DNA of 64,000 bases from an uncultured Candidatus Saccharibacteria bacterium (lineage in GTDB: Bacteria > Patescibacteriota > Saccharimonadia > Saccharimonadales > 2-12-FULL-41-12): positions 21,589 to 85,588 of the forward strand of contig CAZTQB010000002.1 of the NCBI GenBank assembly GCA_964615775.1. Direction: 5' to 3'. The notes beneath the pieces were generated by a model. That model saw nothing but the letters and a program-made list of their open reading frames with translations. It was not told the origin of the DNA and searched no databases. A program made the translations under genes and the position numbers. Numbering within the stretch: the first letter of the stretch is position 1; each line of letters starts with the position of its first letter. This document shows, in pieces, positions 58,993-64,000 of this stretch.

Positions 58993-59790
58993 TTAAAAAA
59001 CTGGCACAACCACTAGTACATGATCTAGCCGATATGTACCAGCAGCTGAAGTACTACCAGCTTTGGCAATATAAGAAATCGTATAGTTAGTTTGACCAAC
59101 GGCTTGGTTACCGATTGTGTTAGGCGAACGAGCAATAACATCACCGGTATTGAACTTATACTGGTTCGACGTATTATAACCAGATTCAATCTTGCCATCA
59201 GCAAAACTATTGTCTGGAACATTGACTGGATTTGCTCCCATGGTACCAGGTGAAGTGTTGGTAGTTAGATTCATGCCAAACTCCTCGTCGCTATCATTAA
59301 CGCTCGGTGTACCTAAAGTAGATTTTGCTTGCATATACTTGCCGCTCTCATTTTTTGGTGGCAGGGAAGCATTAATTACTGTGTACTGCGAAGATAGGTA
59401 GGTACGAACTGTAAATGAACAGTTGCAAGCACCGCCCTGAGCAGCTCCAAATGACGGTGTCGAGGTTTGTAGCACTCCAAAATCAACTGTTGCACCAGAT
59501 ACGGTCATTTCTAGATACGGCTCACTTGGAGTCACACCACCAGATATAGCATCATAATTTGTACTCGAAGTATTGCCAACACCCAACGAACCAGCTTGTT
59601 GTCTTGCACGATAGCTATTAGAACTAGCGTCTACCTCACCACCTGTCCCAAAATATGGCTCCTCCAGCCGATAATTTGGTGAAGAAGCCTGAGCAAAAAC
59701 CAACGTCGGATAGGCAATAATCACTAGGCTTAGTCCGATAGTTGATAAATTAGCAAGTATTTTTCCCAAAATGTTTTGTTTCATAACCAA
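58993..59790 (-). CDS. secreted single-domain paralog B (ends ...AGTYRLDHVLVVVPVF)
   Basis: Signal peptide (IGLSLVIIAYPTLVFAQA). It matches only the C-terminal domain of paralogs C and D (PYLEMTVSGATVDFGVL, EEFGMNLTTN and the terminal motif). Confidence 0.75.
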   Translation of the reverse strand: MVMKQNILGKILANLSTIGLSLVIIAYPTLVFAQASSPNYRLEEPYFGTGGEVDASSNSYRARQQAGSLGVGNTSSTNYDAISGGVTPSEPYLEMTVSGATVDFGVLQTSTPSFGAAQGGACNCSFTVRTYLSSQYTVINASLPPKNESGKYMQAKSTLGTPSVNDSDEEFGMNLTTNTSPGTMGANPVNVPDNSFADGKIESGYNTSNQYKFNTGDVIARSPNTIGNQAVGQTNYTISYIAKAGSTSAAGTYRLDHVLVVVPVF

Positions 59791-59817
59791 ATCTACGCAA
59801 AATTATAACATAAGGGC

Positions 59818-60495
59818 TTAGCGAGCCTGAAACGATTTGATAATCTCTGTAAATTCCGTAGCGTCTGGCACAGCTCGTAGATTAGTGTAATAAAACGCAT
59901 AAGTCGCTTGACTTTTATCTGGTCGACTCATGCTTATACTAGTGCCACCACCAACTTGACCAACCATAACAGTATAGTTGGTACTATCTGAATTACACTT
60001 AAGCTTTGTGTCGTCCATTATGACATCTGTGTCATTCATGGTAGATCTACCACCCAGCTTTTGAATACAATGTTCAGATACACTTGATGGCATCATTTCG
60101 AAGTTATTGCCCATTAACTTAACAGGTAAAACATGGTTAGCCGACAAATTGGCTGGAATCTGATTGACATAAATTATTAGCTCATGCTCAATTAGGTTTG
60201 ACTTTAAGCTCCGATAAACAAACTTACTAGGTGTAGACTCGTTAGGAATCTCAACCCAACCTTTTGGAGCCTGAAACTGAAAGTAAGGTGAACGCAGAAT
60301 ATTAACCGACGAAGTCATAACACTATTAGAATTACCAGACTCAACCGGCTCAAAAACTGTAGTTTTACGTATATTTCTAATAAAGAGTGTACCTGCTATC
60401 ACAATCAATAGCACAAGAACAATAGTAACTACCAGTCTAGTTCGAAAAATTATTTTTTTCCTTTTTTGGTAATTTAGATGGTTATTATACTTCAT
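59818..60495 (-). CDS. hypothetical N-terminally anchored extracytoplasmic protein, first gene of the surface locus
   Basis: Basic N-terminus plus one TM helix (LVVTIVLVLLIVIAGTLFI), then a ~170-aa soluble domain with two Cys residues. No family was recognised. Confidence 0.6.
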   Translation of the reverse strand: MKYNNHLNYQKRKKIIFRTRLVVTIVLVLLIVIAGTLFIRNIRKTTVFEPVESGNSNSVMTSSVNILRSPYFQFQAPKGWVEIPNESTPSKFVYRSLKSNLIEHELIIYVNQIPANLSANHVLPVKLMGNNFEMMPSSVSEHCIQKLGGRSTMNDTDVIMDDTKLKCNSDSTNYTVMVGQVGGGTSISMSRPDKSQATYAFYYTNLRAVPDATEFTEIIKSFQAR

Positions 60496-60641
60496 CTTAT
60501 TTTTGTTTACTTAGGTTTGAATACTACATCTCCTATTGTATATATTTACACGTACGTCAATAAAAGTCTAGCCATAAGCAGTTAAATTCTGTATGATAAA
60601 ACAAGCAAAGCAAGAGAAAACCTTATTTAATGTAGTGGTCA

Positions 60642-61670
60642 ATGGAAACTAATAACCAAACTCCAAAATCAGAAGAAAAACCAAATGATAGCTCACTACA
60701 AGAGCTTGATTCTCAGACGACTATTATTGCAGATGGTTCTGATGGTGAATCCCTGGACCCAAACGCTACTCCTACCAACGAAGAAAAGACAGATGGTTCT
60801 AAAAAACCTAAGTCAAAAAAACCCTATACAGGGGTTAAAGGCCTAGCTGCAAAACTAAACATCTACTTACTTTTGTTTATTTTGGCCATAGTAATTGCTG
60901 GTGTTGTTACTTTTGTAAGTTTCCAAAAAAACCGTGATTCCGCCAAGAAGCAGAATCAGCCAGTTTCTACTACACCCTTAAGCGAACAAGACCTTGAGAA
61001 ACTGCGTCAGACTGACGTTAAAGTTGGTGATCCTAAGCAAATATTAAGTGTTGAATCCAATGCTATTTTTGCTGGCAAAGTACTGATCAGAGATAGTCTT
61101 GAAGTGGCTGGAGCCATAAAAGTCGGCGGACCACTAAATTTACCTGGAATTAGTGTTTCGGGAGCTAGTATTTTTGACCAAGTTCAGATTAACAACCTAA
61201 AAGTTAACTCCGGTGCTACAGTTAGTGGTCAATTAGGCGTACAAGGCAATACCTCGGTTAGTGGCAACTTAACTGTCGGCGGTACAATATCGGCTGGTCG
61301 ACTTAATATCGAGGTCATGCAGATTAACCAAGATTTACAGTTATCCAGACATATCGACGCTGGAGGTGGCACACCAAGCTATAATAGCGGCGGTGCTTTA
61401 GGTAGTGGCGGCACAGCATCACTAAGCGGTACCGATACCGCTGGCACGGTAAATATTAACACTGGTAGTGGTACAGCAGCTGGCTGTTTTGTAAATATTA
61501 ATTTTACGCAAAAATTTAGCTCACCACATGTTGCAATAACCCCTATCGGAGGGGCAGCTGGAGCCTTAAATTATTATGCCAATCGCTCAGCAACCGGTTT
61601 TAGTATCTGCACCAGTAACCCAGCTCCTGCCGGACAGAATTTTGCATTTGATTATATTGTAATCGACTAG
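60642..61670 (+). CDS. bitopic membrane protein with extracytoplasmic beta-helix-like repeats and a C-terminal beta-sandwich-like domain
   Basis: Acidic/Lys-rich N-terminus and a TM helix (IYLLLFILAIVIAGVVTFVSF). Short G-x-[LV]-x-V-x-G-type repeats follow (LEVAGAIKVGGPLNLPGISVSGASIF...VSGQLGVQGNTSVSGNLTVGGTISAG). The C-terminus is CFVNINFTQKFSSPHVAITP...ATGFSICT...FAFDYIVID. Confidence 0.65.
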   Translation: METNNQTPKSEEKPNDSSLQELDSQTTIIADGSDGESLDPNATPTNEEKTDGSKKPKSKKPYTGVKGLAAKLNIYLLLFILAIVIAGVVTFVSFQKNRDSAKKQNQPVSTTPLSEQDLEKLRQTDVKVGDPKQILSVESNAIFAGKVLIRDSLEVAGAIKVGGPLNLPGISVSGASIFDQVQINNLKVNSGATVSGQLGVQGNTSVSGNLTVGGTISAGRLNIEVMQINQDLQLSRHIDAGGGTPSYNSGGALGSGGTASLSGTDTAGTVNINTGSGTAAGCFVNINFTQKFSSPHVAITPIGGAAGALNYYANRSATGFSICTSNPAPAGQNFAFDYIVID

Positions 61671-61674
61671 GACT

Positions 61675-62057
61675 TTACACGTCTAAAAAGACTGTTACTT
61701 GATTTTTCCAGACATGCATAATACCACGAGCAATTTTGACCTTCTTATCTCCAGTTTTTGCTGAGCGAATAGTTATTTCACTAGGTACAAGTAAAGTAAT
61801 GAAATTGTGATGCCGTGGCAAAATATCAAACGGACCAGTTAAATTCTCGGCCGAAATACTCTCTGCCTCTTCATCATAATAATTTTTGTATGGTGAATAA
61901 ATTTTAACATGAACAGTAGTCGCGGCATTAAACTCATCTTCTTCAGCCTTCTGTTTGGCCTTTTTTTCTTCTTTTGTAAGAGTAGCAGCTGCCGTAGCTT
62001 TAGAGTCATGTTTGCTAGCTGGTTCTGCTTGGCCTTGGGTATTGGTCTCATCAGTCA

Positions 62058-62058
<1 letters not shown>
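61675..62058 (-). CDS. atpC: F0F1 ATP synthase subunit epsilon with an N-terminal low-complexity extension
   Basis: The C-terminal ~80 aa match the epsilon beta-sandwich (GPFDILPRHHNFITLLVPSEITI...GIMHVWKNQVTVFLD). The first ~45 aa are Lys/Glu/Ala-rich. The start overlaps the atpD stop. Confidence 0.8.

Positions 62059-64000
<1,942 letters not shown>

Noticed and set aside
54292-60495. Interpreting the surface locus as a sortase-dependent or type IV pilus operon
   Set aside because: There is no LPXTG or other sorting motif, no class III (prepilin) signal sequence, and no sortase, PilB/PilT ATPase or PilC platform gene in or next to the locus.

Overview
This is an AT-rich, tightly packed bacterial window, with about 60 protein genes, most of them on the minus strand, and 8 tRNA genes. 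Most of it is housekeeping: ligA, htpX, lemA, a ClpC-like AAA+ chaperone, uvrA, uvrC, sbcB, obg, mltG, ruvX, ftsA, alaS, mnmA, secG, rplY, trhO and atpG/D/C. The gene content is reduced and looks monoderm. Examples are a C-terminally truncated AlaRS, membrane-anchored substrate-binding proteins, a LysM/CHAP hydrolase and isolated biosynthetic genes. This suggests a Patescibacteria/CPR organism, possibly Saccharibacteria-like, but that is an inference and not proven here. The most interesting region is a minus-strand locus at about 54.3-60.5 kb, plus a divergent gene reaching 61.7 kb. It encodes three paralogous secreted Thr/Ser/Gly/Ala-rich proteins that share internal motifs and a conserved C-terminal strand ending in Phe. 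It also encodes a membrane-anchored two-domain protein resembling DUF916/DUF3324 (WxL-interacting protein), a PKD/Ig-domain anchored protein and a small anchored protein. The 455-aa paralog has its own promoter and intrinsic terminator. I read this as an uncharacterised cell-surface fibre, adhesin or surface-layer assembly system with no sortase, type IV pilin or usher signatures. Other notable items: (1) a three-component extracytoplasmic glycosylation operon (GT2, GtrA, polytopic membrane protein fused to a PIG-L deacetylase) that carries an in-frame TAA and a homopolymer frameshift; (2) a tRNA-Phe flanked by decayed tRNA-Phe-derived copies, with a perfect 41-nt direct repeat; (3) a roughly 1.1-kb island remnant holding a frameshifted serine-recombinase zinc-ribbon fragment; (4) unusual tRNA elbow nucleotides (A19:U56 in tRNA-Ala and tRNA-Gly, and an aberrant T-loop in tRNA-Cys); (5) a small protein co-transcribed with uvrA that carries an ADP-ribosyltransferase-like 'FHGTS' motif. 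No CRISPR array, rRNA or intact mobile element was seen.
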